From: Eledone cirrhosa
Lineage: Eukaryota
Reading direction: 5' to 3'
Length of the DNA stretch: 64,000 nt
Assembly (NCBI GenBank): GCA_964016885.1
Contig: OZ024745.1
Location: forward strand, 27,280,001 to 27,344,000
The notes under the pieces were generated by a model. It did not search any database and was not told the origin of the DNA. It was given only the letters and a program-made list of their open reading frames with translations. This document shows, one piece after another, positions 1 through 15,000 of this stretch; within the stretch, counting starts at the first letter, position 1; each line of letters begins with the position of its first letter. Made by a program: the position numbers and the translations under genes.

Positions 1-3000
1 CACAGATGGTCTCAGAACTCTGGTTACTCTAAAGCAGTGTTTCATAGATGGTCTCAGAACTCTGGTTACACTAACGCAGTGTTTCACAGATGGTCTCAGA
101 ACTCATGGGTCCACTAACACAGTGTTTCACAGATGGTCTTAGGACTCTGGTTACTCTAAAGCAGTGTTTCACAGATGGTCCCAGAACTCTGGTTACACTA
201 ACGCAGTGTTTCACAGATGCTCTTAGAACTCTGGTTACACTAACACAGTGTTTCACAGATGGTCTCAGAACTCTACACACTAAAACAGTGTTTCACAGAT
301 GGTCTCAGAACTCTGGTTAATCTAAAGCAGTGTTTCCCAGATGGTCTCAGAACTCTGGTTACACTAACACAGTGTTTCACAGATGGTCTCAGAACTCTGG
401 TTACACTAACACAGTGTTTCACAGATGGTCTCAGAACACTGATTACTCTAACACAGTGTTTCACAGATGGTCTCAGAACTCTGGTTACTCTAAAGCAGTG
501 TTTCACAGATGGTCTCAGAACTCTGGTTACTCTAAAGCAGTGTTTCCCAGATGGTCTCAGAACTCTGGTTACTCTAACACAGTGTTTCACAGATGGTCTC
601 AGAACTCTGGTTACACTAACACAGTGTTTCACAGATGGTCTCAGAACTCTGGTTACACTAACACAGTGTTTCACAGATGGTCTTAGAACTCTGGTTACTC
701 TAAAGCAGTGTTTCCCAGATGGTCTCAGAACTCTGGTTACACTCACACAGTGTTTCACAGATGGTCTCAGAACTCTACACACTAAAACAGTGTTTCACAG
801 ATGGTCTCAGAACTCTGGTTACTCTAAAGCAGTGTTTCACAGATGGTCTCAGAACTCTGGTTACTCTAAAGCAGTGTTTCCCAGATGGTCTCAGAACTCT
901 GGTTACACTAACACAGTGTTTCCCAGATGGTCTCAGAACTCTGGTTACACTAACACAGTGTTTCACAGATGGTCTCAGAACTCTGGTTACACTAACGCAG
1001 TGTTTCACAGATGGTCTCAGAACTCTGGTTACACTAAAGCAGTGTTTCACAGATGGTCTCAGAACTCTGGTTACTCTAAAGCAGTGTTTCACAGATGGTC
1101 TCAGAACTCTGATTACTCTAACACAGTGTTTCACAGATAGTCTCAGAACTCTGGTTACTCTAAAGCAGTGTTTCACAGATGGTCTCAGAACTCTGGTTAC
1201 TCAAACACAGTGTTTCACAGATGGTCTCAGAACTCTGGTTACACTAACGCAGTGTTTCACAGATGGTCTCAGAACTCTGGTTACACTAACACAGTGTTTC
1301 ACAGATGGTGTTAGAACTCTGGTTACACTAACGCAGTGTTTCACAGATGGTCTCAGAACTCTGGTTACTCTAACACAGTGTTTCACAGATGGTCTCAGAA
1401 CTCTGGTCACACTAACACAGTGTTTCACAGATGGTCTTAGAACTCTGGTTACACTAACACAGTGTTTCACAGATGGTCTCAGAACTCTGGTTACACTAAC
1501 ACAGTGTTTCACAGATGGTCTTAGAACTCTGTTTACACTAACACAGTGTTTCACAGATGGTCTCAGATCTCTGGTTACACTAACACAGTGTTTCATAGAT
1601 GGTCTCAGAACTCTGGTCACACTAACGCAGTGTTTCACAGATGGTCTCAGAACTCTGGTTACTCTAAAGCAGTGTTTCACAGATGGTCTCAGAACTCTGG
1701 TTACTCTAAAGCAGTGTTTCCCAGATGGTCTCAGAACTCTGGTTACACTAAAGCAGTGTTTCACAGAGGGTCTCAGAACTCTGGTTACACTAACACAGTG
1801 TTTCACAGATGGTCTCAGAACTCTGGTTACACTCACACAGTGTTTCACAGATGGTCTCAGAGCTCCTATCACACTAAAGCAGTGTTTCACAGATGGTCTT
1901 AGAACTCTGGTTACTCTAAAGCAGTGTTTCACAGATGGTCACAGAACTCTGGTTACACTAACACAGTGTTTCACAGATGGTCTTAGAACTCTGGTTACAC
2001 TAACACAGTGTTTCACAGATGGTCTTAGAACTCTGGTTACACTAACACAGTGTTTCACAGATGGTCTCAGATCTCTGGTTACACTAACACAGTGTTTCAT
2101 AGATGGTCTCAGAACTCTGGTCACACTAACGCAGTGTTTCACAGATGGTCTCAGAACTCTGGTCACAATAACGCAGTATTTCACAGATGGTCTTAGAACT
2201 CTGGTTACTCTAAAGCAGTGTTTCACACATGGTCTCAGAACTCTGGTTACACTAAAGCAGTGTTTCACAGATGGTCTTAGAACTCTGGTTACTCTAAAGC
2301 AGTGTTTCACAGATGGTCTCAGAACTCTGGTTACACTAACACAGTGTTTCACAGATGGTCTCAGAACTCTGGTTACACTAACACAGTGTATCACAGATGG
2401 TCTCAGAACTCTGGTTACACTAACGCAGTGTTTCACAGATGGTCCCAGAACTCTGGTTACACTAACGCAGTGTTTCACAGATGCTCTTAGAACTCTGGTT
2501 ACACTAACACAGTGTTTCACAGATGGTCTCAGAACTCTGGTTACACTAACGCAGTGTTTCACAGATGGTCTCAGAACTCTGGTTACACTAAAGCAGTGTT
2601 TCACAGATGGTCTCAGAACTCTGGTTACTCTAAAGCAGTGTTTCACAGATGGTCTCAGAACTCTGATTATTCTAACACAGTGTTTCACAGATGGTCTCAG
2701 AACTCTGGTTACTCTAAAGCAGTGTTTCACAGATGGTCTCAGAACTCTGGTTACTCAAACACAGTGTTTCACAGATGGTCTCAGAACTCTGGTTATTCTA
2801 AAGCAGTGTTTCACAGATGGTCTCAGAACTCTGGTTACTCAAACACAGTGTTTCACAGATGGTCTCAGAACTCTGGTTACACTAACGCAGTGTTTCACAG
2901 ATGGTCTCAGAACTCTGGTTACACTAACACAGTGTTTCACAGATGGTCTTAGAACTCTGGTTACACTAACGCAGTGTTTCACAGATGGTCTCAGAACTCT

Positions 3001-6000
3001 GGTTACTCTAACACAGTGTTTCACAGATGGTCTCAGAACTCTGGTCACACTAACACAGTGTTTCACAGATGGTCTTAGAACTCTGGTTACACTAACGCAG
3101 TGTTTCACAGATGGTCTCAGAACTCTGGTTACTCTAACACAGTGTTTCACAGATGGTCTCAGAACTCTGGTTACACTAACACAGTGTTTCACAGATGGTC
3201 TTAGAACTCTGGTTACACTAACACAGTGTTTCACAGATGGTCTCAGAACACTGGTTACACTAACACAGTGTTTCACAGATGGTCTTAGAACTCTGGTTAC
3301 ACTAGCACAGTGTTTCACAGATGGTCTCAGATCTCTGGGCACACTAACACAGTGTTTCATAGATGGTCTCAGAACTCTGGTCACACTAACGCAGTGTTTC
3401 ACAGATGGTCTCAGAACTCTGGTCACACTAACGCAGTATTTCACAGATGGTCTTAGAACTCTGGTTACTCTAAAGCAGTGTTTCACAGATGGTCTCAGAA
3501 CTCTGGTCACACTAACGCAGTGTTTCACAGATGGTCTTACAACTCTGGTCACACTAACGCAGTATTTCACAGATGGTCTTAGAACTCTGGTTACTCAAAA
3601 GCAGTGTTTCACAGATGGTCTCAGAACTCTGGTCACACTAACGCAGTGTTTCACAGATGGTCTCAGAACTCTGGTCACACTAACGCAGTATTTCACAGAT
3701 GGTCTTAGAACTCTGGTTACTCTAAAGCAGTGTTTCACAGATGGTCTCAGAACTCTGGTTACACTAACACAGTGTTTCACAGATGGTCTCAGAACTCTGG
3801 TTACACTAACGCAGTATTTCACAGATGGTCTCAGAACTCTGGTTACACTAACACAGTGTTTCACAGATGGTCTCAGAACTCTGGTTACTCTAAAGCAGTG
3901 TTTCATAGATGGTCTCAGAACTCTGGTTACACTAACGCAGTGTTTCACAGATGGTCTCAGAACTCATGGGTCCACTAACACAGTGTTTCACAGATGGTCT
4001 TAGGACTCTGGTTACTCTAAAGCAGTGTTTCACAGATAGTCCCCGAACTCTGGTTACACTAACGCAGTGTTTCACAGATGCTCTTAGAACTCTGGTTACA
4101 CTAACACAGTGTTTCACAGATGGTCTCAGAACTCTACACACTAAAACAGTGTTTCACAGATGGTCTCAGAACTCTGGTTACTCTAAAGCAGTGTTTCACA
4201 GATGGTCTCAGAACTCTGGTTACACTAACGCAGTGTTTCACAGATGGTCTCAGAACTCTGGTTACACTAAAGCAGTGTTTCACAGATGGTCTCAGAACTC
4301 TGGTTACTCTAAAGCAGTGTTTCACAGATGGTCTCAGAACTCTGATTACTCTAACACAGTGTTTCACAGATGGTCTCAGAACTCTGGTTACTCTAAAGCA
4401 GTGTTTCACAGATGGTCTCAGAACTCTGGTTACTCAAACACAGTGTTTCACAGATGGTCTCAGAACTCTGGTTACACTAACGCAGTGTCTCACAGATGGT
4501 CTCAGAACTCTGGTTACTCTAACACAGTGTTTCACAGATGGTCTCAGAACTCTGGTCACACTAACACAGTGTTTCACAGATGGTCTTAGAACTCTGGTTA
4601 CACTAACACAGTGTTTCATAGATGGTCTCAGAACTCTGGTCACACTAACGCAGTGTTTCACAGATGGTCTCAGAACTCTGGTTACTCTAAAGCAGTGTTT
4701 CACAGATGGTCTCAGAACTCTGGTCACACTAAAGCAGTGTTTCACAGATGGTCTCAGAACTCTGGTTACACTAACACAGTGTTTCACAGATGGTCTCAGA
4801 ACTCTGGTTACACTCACACAGTGTTTCACAGATGGTCTCAGAGCTCCTATCACACTAAAGCAGTGTTTCACAGATGGTCTTAGAACTCTGGTTACTCTAA
4901 AGCAGTGTTTCACAGATGGTCACAGAACTCTGGTTACACTAACACAGTGTTTCACAGATGGTCTTAGAACTCTGGTTACACTAACACAGTGTTTCACAGA
5001 TGGTCTTAGAACTCTGGTTACACTAACACAGTGTTTCACAGATGGTCTCAGATCTCTGGTTACACTAACACAGTGTTTCATAGATGGTCTCAGAACTCTG
5101 GTCACACTAACGCAGTGTTTCACAGATGGTCTCAGAACTCTGGTCACAATAACGCAGTATTTCACAGATGGTCTTAGAACTCTGGTTACTCTAAAGCAGT
5201 GTTTCACACATGGTCTCAGAACTCTGGTTACACTAAAGCAGTGTTTCACAGATGGTCTTAGAACTCTGGTTACTCTAAAGCAGTGTTTCACAGATGGTCT
5301 CAGAACTCTGGTTACACTAACACAGTGTTTCACAGATGGTCTCAGAACTCTGGTTACACTAACACAGTGTATCACAGATGGTCTCAGAACTCTGGTTACA
5401 CTAACGCAGTGTTTCACAGATGGTCCCAGAACTCTGGTTACACTAACGCAGTGTTTCACAGATGCTCTTAGAACTCTGGTTACACTAACACAGTGTTTCA
5501 CAGATGGTCTCAGAACTCTGGTTACACTAACGCAGTGTTTCACAGATGGTCTCAGAACTCTGGTTACACTAAAGCAGTGTTTCACAGATGGTCTCAGAAC
5601 TCTGGTTACTCTAAAGCAGTGTTTCACAGATGGTCTCAGAACTCTGATTATTCTAACACAGTGTTTCACAGATGGTCTCAGAACTCTGGTTACTCTAAAG
5701 CAGTGTTTCACAGATGGTCTCAGAACTCTGGTTACTCAAACACAGTGTTTCACAGATGGTCTCAGAACTCTGGTTATTCTAAAGCAGTGTTTCACAGATG
5801 GTCTCAGAACTCTGGTTACTCAAACACAGTGTTTCACAGATGGTCTCAGAACTCTGGTTACACTAACGCAGTGTTTCACAGATGGTCTCAGAACTCTGGT
5901 TACACTAACACAGTGTTTCACAGATGGTCTTAGAACTCTGGTTACACTAACGCAGTGTTTCACAGATGGTCTCAGAACTCTGGTTACTCTAACACAGTGT

Positions 6001-9000
6001 TTCACAGATGGTCTCAGAACTCTGGTCACACTAACACAGTGTTTCACAGATGGTCTTAGAACTCTGGTTACACTAACGCAGTGTTTCACAGATGGTCTCA
6101 GAACTCTGGTTACTCTAACACAGTGTTTCACAGATGGTCTCAGAACTCTGGTTACACTAACACAGTGTTTCACAGATGGTCTTAGAACTCTGGTTACACT
6201 AACACAGTGTTTCACAGATGGTCTCAGAACACTGGTTACACTAACACAGTGTTTCACAGATGGTCTTAGAACTCTGGTTACACTAGCACAGTGTTTCACA
6301 GATGGTCTCAGATCTCTGGGCACACTAACACAGTGTTTCATAGATGGTCTCAGAACTCTGGTCACACTAACGCAGTGTTTCACAGATGGTCTCAGAACTC
6401 TGGTCACACTAACGCAGTATTTCACAGATGGTCTTAGAACTCTGGTTACTCTAAAGCAGTGTTTCACAGATGGTCTCAGAACTCTGGTCACACTAACGCA
6501 GTGTTTCACAGATGGTCTTACAACTCTGGTCACACTAACGCAGTATTTCACAGATGGTCTTAGAACTCTGGTTACTCTAAAGCAGTGTTTCACAGATGGT
6601 CTCAGAACTCTGGTCACACTAACGCAGTGTTTCACAGATGGTCTCAGAACTCTGGTCACACTAACGCAGTATTTCACAGATGGTCTTAGAACTCTGGTTA
6701 CTCTAAAGCAGTGTTTCACAGATGGTCTCAGAACTCTGGTTACACTAACACAGTGTTTCACAGATGGTCTCAGAACTCTGGTTACACTAACGCAGTATTT
6801 CACAGATGGTCTCAGAACTCTGGTTACACTAACACAGTGTTTCACAGATGGTCTCAGAACTCTGGTTACTCTAAAGCAGTGTTTCATAGATGGTCTCAGA
6901 ACTCTGGTTACACTAACGCAGTGTTTCACAGATGGTCTCAGAACTCATGGGTCCACTAACACAGTGTTTCACAGATGGTCTTAGGACTCTGGTTACTCTA
7001 AAGCAGTGTTTCACAGATAGTCCCCGAACTCTGGTTACACTAACGCAGTGTTTCACAGATGCTCTTAGAACTCTGGTTACACTAACACAGTGTTTCACAG
7101 ATGGTCTCAGAACTCTACACACTAAAACAGTGTTTCACAGATGGTCTCAGAACTCTGGTTACTCTAAAGCAGTGTTTCACAGATGGTCTCAGAACTCTGG
7201 TTACACTAACGCAGTGTTTCACAGATGGTCTCAGAACTCTGGTTACACTAAAGCAGTGTTTCACAGATGGTCTCAGAACTCTGGTTACTCTAAAGCAGTG
7301 TTTCACAGATGGTCTCAGAACTCTGATTACTCTAACACAGTGTTTCACAGATGGTCTCAGAACTCTGGTTACTCTAAAGCAGTGTTTCACAGATGGTCTC
7401 AGAACTCTGGTTACTCAAACACAGTGTTTCACAGATGGTCTCAGAACTCTGGTTACACTAACGCAGTGTCTCACAGATGGTCTCAGAACTCTGGTTACTC
7501 TAACACAGTGTTTCACAGATGGTCTCAGAACTCTGGTCACACTAACACAGTGTTTCACAGATGGTCTTAGAACTCTGGTTACACTAACACAGTGTTTCAT
7601 AGATGGTCTCAGAACTCTGGTCACACTAACGCAGTGTTTCACAGATGGTCTCAGAACTCTGGTTACTCTAAAGCAGTGTTTCACAGATGGTCTCAGAACT
7701 CTGGTCACACTAAAGCAGTGTTTCACAGATGGTCTCAGAACTCTGGTTACACTAACACAGTGTTTCACAGATGGTCTCAGAACTCTGGTTACACTCACAC
7801 AGTGTTTCACAGATGGTCTCAGAACTCCTATCACACTAAAGCAGTGTTTCACAGATGGTCTTAAAACTCTGGTTACTCTAAAGCAGTGTTTCACAGATGG
7901 TCACAGAACTCTGGTTACACTAACACAGTGTTTCACAGATGGTCTTAGAACTCTGGTTACACTAACACAGTGTTTCACAGATGGTCTTAGAACTCTGGTT
8001 ACACTAACACAGTGTTTCACAGATGGTCTCAGAACTCTGGTTACACTAACACAGTGTTTCATAGATGGTCTCAGAACTCTGGTCACACCAACGCAGTGTT
8101 TCACAGATGGTCTCAGAACTCTGGTCACACTAACGCAGTATTTCACAGATGGTCTTAGAACTCTGGTTACTCTAAAGCAGTGTTTCACAGATGGTCTCAG
8201 AACTCTGGTTACACTAAAGCAGTGTTTCACAGATGGTCTTAGAACTCTGGTTACTCTAAAGCAGTGTTTCACAGATGGTCTCAGAACTCTGGTTACACTA
8301 ACACAGTGTATCACAGATGGTCTCAGAACTCTGGTTACACTAACGCAGTGTTTCACAGATGGTCTCAGAACTCTGGTTACACTAACACAGTGTTTCACAG
8401 ATGGTCTCAGAACTCTGGTTACACTAACGCAGTGTTTCACAGATGGTCTCAGAACTCATGGTTCCACTAACACAGTGTTTCACAGATGGTCTTAGGACTC
8501 TGGTTACTCTAAAGCAGTGTTTCACAGATGGTCTCAGAACTCTGGTTACACTAACGCAGTGTTTCACAGATGGTCTCAGAACTCTGGTTACACTAACACA
8601 GTGTTTCACAGATGGTCTTAGAACTCTGGTTACTCTAAAGCAGTGTTTCACAGATGGTCTCAGAACTCTGGTTACACTAACACAGTGTTTCACAGATGGT
8701 CTTAGAACTCTGGTTACACTAACACAGTGTTTCACAGATGGACTCAGAACTCTGGTTACACTAACACAGTGTTTCACAGATGGTCTTAGAACTCTGGTTA
8801 CACTAACACAGTGTTTCACAGAGGGTCTTAGAACTCTGGTTACACTAACACAGTGTTTCACAGATGGTCTCAGAACTCTGGTTACACTAACACAGTGTTT
8901 CACAGATGGTCTCAGAACTCTGGTTACACTAACACAGTGTTTCACAGATGGTCTCAGAACTCTGGTTACACTAACACAGTGTTTCACAGACGGTCTTAGA

Positions 9001-12000
9001 ACTCTGGTTACACTAACACAGTGTTTCACAGATGGTCTCAGAACTCTGGTTACACTAACACAGTGTTTCACAGATGGTCTTAGAACTCTGGTTACACTAA
9101 CACAGTGTTTCACAGATGGTCTTAGAACTCTGGTTACACTAACACAGTGTTTCACAGATGGTCTCAGACCTCTGGTTACACTAACACAGTGTTTCATAGA
9201 TGGTCTCAGAACTCTGGTCACACTAACGCAGTATTTCACAGATTGTCTTAGAACTCTGGATACTCTAAAGCAGTGTTTCACAGATGGTCTCAGAACTCTG
9301 GTCACACTAACGCAGTGTTTTACAGATGGTCTCAGAACTCTGGTCACACTAACGCAGTATTTCACAGATGGTCTTAGAACTCTGGTTACTCTAAAGCAGT
9401 GTTTCACAGATGGTCTCAGAACTCTGGTTACACTAACACAGTGTTTCACAGATGGTCTCAGAACTCTGGTTACACTAACGCAGTGTTTCACAGATGGTCT
9501 CAGAACTCATGGGTCCACTAACACAGTGTTTCACAGATGGTCTTAGGACTCTGGTTACTCTAAAGCAGTGTTTCACAGATGGTCCCAGAACTCTGGTTAC
9601 ACTAACGCAGTGTTTCACAGATGCTCTTAGAACTCTGGTTACACTAACACAGTGTTTCACAGATGGTCTCAGAACTCTACACACTAAAACAGTGTTTCAC
9701 AGATGGTCTCAGAACTCTGGTTACTCTAAAGCAGTGTTTCACAGATGGTCTCAGAACTCTGGTTACACTAACGCAGTGTTTCACAGATGGTCTCAGAACT
9801 CTAGTTACACTAAAGCAGTGTTTCACAGATGGTCTCAGAACTCTGGTTACTCTAAAGCAGTGTTTCACAGATGGTCTCAGAACTCTGATTACTCTAACAC
9901 AGTGTTTCACAGATGGTCTCAGAACTCTGGTTACTCTAAAGCAGTGTTTCACAGATGGTCTCAGAACTCTGGTTATTCTAAAGCAGTGTTTCACAGATGG
10001 TCTCAGAACTCTGGTTACTCAAACACAGTGTTTCACAGATGGTCTCAGAACTCTGGTTACACTAACGCAGTGTTTCGCAGATGGTCTCAGAACTCTGGTT
10101 ACACTAACACAGTGTTTCACAGATGGTGTTAGAACTCTGGTTACACTAACGCAGTGTTTCACAGATGGTCTCAGAACTCTGGTTACTCTAACACAGTGTT
10201 TCACAGATGGTCTCAGAACTCTGGTCACACTAACACAGTGTTTCACAGATGGTCTTAGAACTCTGGTTACACTAACGCAGTGTTTCACAGATGGTCTCAG
10301 AACTCTGGTTACACTAACACAGTGTTTCACAGATGGTCTCAGAACTCTGGTTACACTAACACAGTGTTTCACAGATGGTCTCAGAACTCTGGTTACACTA
10401 ACACAGTGTTTCACAGATGGTCTCAGAACTCTGGTTACACTAACACAGTGTTTCACAGATGGTCTTAGAACTGGTTACACTAACACAGTGTTTCACAGAT
10501 GGTCTCAGATCTCTGGTTACACTAACACAGTGTTTCATAGATGGTCTCAGAACTCTGGTCACACTAACGCAGTGTTTCACAGATGGTCTCAGAACTCTGG
10601 TCACACTAACGCAGTATTTCACAGATGGTCTTAGAACTCTGGTTACTCTAAAGCAGTGTTTCACAGATGGTCTCAGAACTCTGGTCACACTAACGCAGTG
10701 TTTCACAGATGGTCTTAGAACTCTGGTTACACTAACGCAGTGTTTCACAGATGGTCTCAGAACTCTGGTTACACTAACACAGTGTTTCACAGATGGTCTT
10801 AGAACTCTGGTTACTCTAAAGCAGTGTTTCACAGATGGTCTCAGAACTCTGGTTACACTAACACAGTGTTTCACAGATGGTCTTAGAACTCTGGTTACAC
10901 TAACACAGTGTTTCACAGATGGACTCAGAACTCTGGTTACACTAACACAGTGTTTCACAGATGGTCTTAGAACTCTGGTTACACTAACACAGTGTTTCAC
11001 AGATGGTCTTAGAACTCTGGTTACACTAACACAGTGTTTCACAGATGGTCTCAGAACTCTGGTTACACTAACACAGTGTTTCACAGATGGTCTCAGAACT
11101 CTGGTTACACTAACACAGTGTTTCACAGATGGTCTCAGAACTCTGGTTACACTAACACAGTGTTTCACAGATGGTCTTAGAACTCTGGTTACACTAACAC
11201 AGTGTTTCACAGATGGTCTCAGAACTCTGGTTACACTAACACAGTGTTTCACAGATGGTCTTAGAACTCTGGTTACACTAACACAGTGTTTCACAGATGG
11301 TCTTAGAACTCTGGTTACACTAACACAGTGTTTCTCAGATGGTCTCAGACCTCTGGTTACACTAACACAGTGTTTCATAGATGGTCTCAGAACTCTGGTC
11401 ACACTAACGCAGTGTTTCACAGATGGTCTCAGAACTCTGGTCACACTAACGCAGTATTTCACAGATTGTCTTAGAACTCTGGTTACTCTAAAGCAGTGTT
11501 TCACAGATGGTCTCAGAACTCTGGTCACACTAACGCAGTGTTTCACAGATGGTCTTAGAACTCTGGATACTCTAAAGCAGTGTTTCACAGATGGTCTCAG
11601 AACTCTGGTCACACTAACGCAGTGTTTCACAGATGGTCTCAGAACTCTGGTCACACTAACGCAGTATTTCACAGATGGTCTTAAAACTCTGGTTACTCTA
11701 AAGCAGTGTTTCACAGATGGTCTCAGAACTCTGGTTACACTAACACAGTGTTTCACAGATGGTCTCAGAACTCTGGTTACACTAACGCAGTGTTTCACAG
11801 ATGGTCTCAGAACTCATGGGTCCACTAACACAGTGTTTCACAGATGGTCTTAGGACTCTGGTTACTCTAAAGCAGTGTTTCACAGATGGTCCCAGAACTC
11901 TGGTTACACTAACGCAGTGTTTCACAGATGCTCTTAGAACTCTGGTTACACTAACACAGTGTTTCACAGATGGTCTCAGAACTCTACACACTAAAACAGT

Positions 12001-15000
12001 GTTTCACAGATGGTCTCAGAACTCTGGTTACTCTAAAGCAGTGTTTCACAGATGGTCTCAGAACTCTGGTTACACTAACGAAGTGTTTCACAGATGGTCT
12101 CAGAACTCTGGTTACACTAAAGCAGTGTTTCACAGATGGTCTCAGAACTCTGGTTACTCTAAAGCAGTGTTTCACAGATGGTCTCAGAACTCTGATTACT
12201 CTAACACAGTGTTTCACAGATGGTCTCAGAACTCTGGTTACTCTAAAGCAGTGTTTCACAGATGGTCTCAGAACTCTGGTTATTCTAAAGCAGTGTTTCA
12301 CAGATGGTCTCAGAACTCTGGTTACTCAAACACAGTGTTTCACAGATGGTCTCAGAACTCTGGTTACACTAACGCAGTGTTTCACAGATGGTCTCAGAAC
12401 TCTGGTTACACTAACACAGTGTTTCACAGATGGTGTTAGAACTCTGGTTACACTAACGCAGTGTTTCACAGATGGTCTCAGAACTCTGGTTACTCTAACA
12501 CAGTGTTTCACAGATGGTCTCAGAACTCTGGTCACACTAACACAGTGTTTCACAGATGGTCTTAGAACTCTGGTTACACTAACGCAGTGTTTCACAGATG
12601 GTCTCAGAACTCTGGTTACTCTAACACAGTGTTTCACAGATGGTCTCAGAACTCTGGTTACACTAACACAGTGTTTCACAGATGGTCTTAGAACTCTGGT
12701 TACACTAACACAGTGTTTCACAGATGGTCTCAGAACTCTGGTTACACTAACACAGTGTTTCACAGATGGTCTTAGAACTCTGGTTACACTAACACAGTGT
12801 TTCACAGATGGTCTCAGATCTCTGGTTACACTAACACAGTGTTTCATAGATGGTCTCAGAACTCTGGTCACACTAACGCAGTGTTTCACAGATGGTCTCA
12901 GAACTCTGGTCACACTAACGCAGTATTTCACAGATGGTCTCAGAACTCTGGTTACACTAAAGCAGTGTTTCACAGATGGTCTCAGAACTCTGGTTACACT
13001 AACACAGTGTTTCACAGATGGTCTCAGAACTCTGGTCACACTAACGCAGTGTTTCACAGATGGTCTTAGAACTCTGGTCACACTAACGCAGTATTTCACA
13101 GATGGTCTTAGAACTCTGGTTACTCTAAAGCAGTGTTTCACAGATGGTCTCAGAACTCTGGTCACACTAACGCAGTGTTTCACAGATGGTCTCAGAACTC
13201 TGGTCACACTAACGCAGTATTTCACAGATGGTCTTAGAACTCTGGTTACTCTAAAGCAGTGTTTCACAGATGGTCTCAGAACTCTGGTCACACTAACGCA
13301 GTGTTTCACAGATGGTCTCAGAACTCTGGTCACACTAACGCAGTATTTCACAGATGGTCTTAGAACTCTGGTTACACTAACACAGTGTTTCACAGATGGT
13401 CTCAGAACTCTGGTTACACTAACGCAGTGTTTCACAGATGGTCTCAGAACTCTGGTTACACTAACACAGTGTTTCACAGATGGTCTCAGAACTCTGGTTA
13501 CTCTAAAGCAGTGTTTCATAGATGGTCTCAGAACTCTGGTTACACTAACGCAGTGTTTCACAGATGGTCTCAGAACTCATGGGTCTACTAACACAGTGTT
13601 TCACAGATGGTCTTAGGACTCTGGTTACTCTAAAGCAGTGTTTCACAGATGGTCCCAGAACTCTGGTTACACTAACACAGTGTTTCACAGATGCTCTTAG
13701 AACTCTGGTTACACTAACACAGTGTTTCACAGATGGTCTCAGAACTCTACACACTAAAACAGTGTTTCACAGATGGTCTCAGAACTCTGGTTACTCTAAA
13801 GCAGTGATTCACAGATGGTCTCAGAACTCTGGTTACACTAACGCAGTGTTTCACAGATGGTCTCAGAACTCTGGTTACACTAAAGCAGTGTTTCACAGAT
13901 GGTCTCAGAACTCTGGTTACTCTAAAGCAGTGTTTCACAGATGGTCTCAGAACTCTGATTACTCTAACACAGTATTTCACAGATGGTCTCAGAACTCTGG
14001 TTACTCTAAAGCAGTGTTTCACAGATGGTCTCAGAACTCTGGTTATTCTAAAGCAGTGTTTCACAGATGGTCTCAGAACTCTGGTTACTCAAACACAGCG
14101 TTTCACAGATGGTCTCAGAACTCTGGTTACACTAACGCAGTGTTTCACAGATGGTCTCAGAACTCTGGTTACACTAACACAGTGTTTCACAGATGGTGTT
14201 AGAACTCTGGTTACACTAATGCAGTGTTTCACAGATGGTCTCAGAACTCTGGTTACTCTAACACAGTGTTTCACAGATGGTCTCAGAACTCTGGTCACAC
14301 TAAAGCAGTGTTTCACAGATGGTCTCAGAACTCTGGTTACACTAACACAGTGTTTCACAGATGGTCTTAGAACTCTGGTTACACTAACACAGTGTTTCAC
14401 AGATGGTCTCAGATCTCTGGTTACACTAACACAGTGTTTCATAGATGGTCTCAGAACTCTGGTCACACTAACGCAGTGTGTCACAGATGGTCTCAGAACT
14501 CTGGTTACTCTAAAGCAGTGTTTCACAGATGGTCTCAGAACTCTGGTCACACTAAAGCAGTGTTTCACAGATGGTCTCAGAACTCTGGTTACACTAAAGC
14601 AGTGTTCCACAGATGGTCTCAGAACTCTGGTTACACTAACACAGTGTTTCACAGATGGTCTCAGAACTCAGGTTACACTCACACAGTGTTTCACAGATGG
14701 TCTTAGAACTCTGGTTACACTAACACAGTGTTTCACAGATGGTCTCAGATCTCTGGTTACACTAACACAGTGTTTCATAGATGGTCTCAGAACTCTGGTC
14801 ACACTAACGCAGTGTTTCACAGATGGTCTCAGAACTCTGGTCACACTAACGCAGTATTTTACAGATGGTCTTAGAACTCTGGTTACTCTAAAGCAGTGTT
14901 TCACAGATGGTCTCAGAACTCTGGTTACACTAAAGCAGTGTTTCACAGATGGTCTTAGAACTCTGGTTACTCTAAAGCAGTGTTTCACAGATGGTCTCAG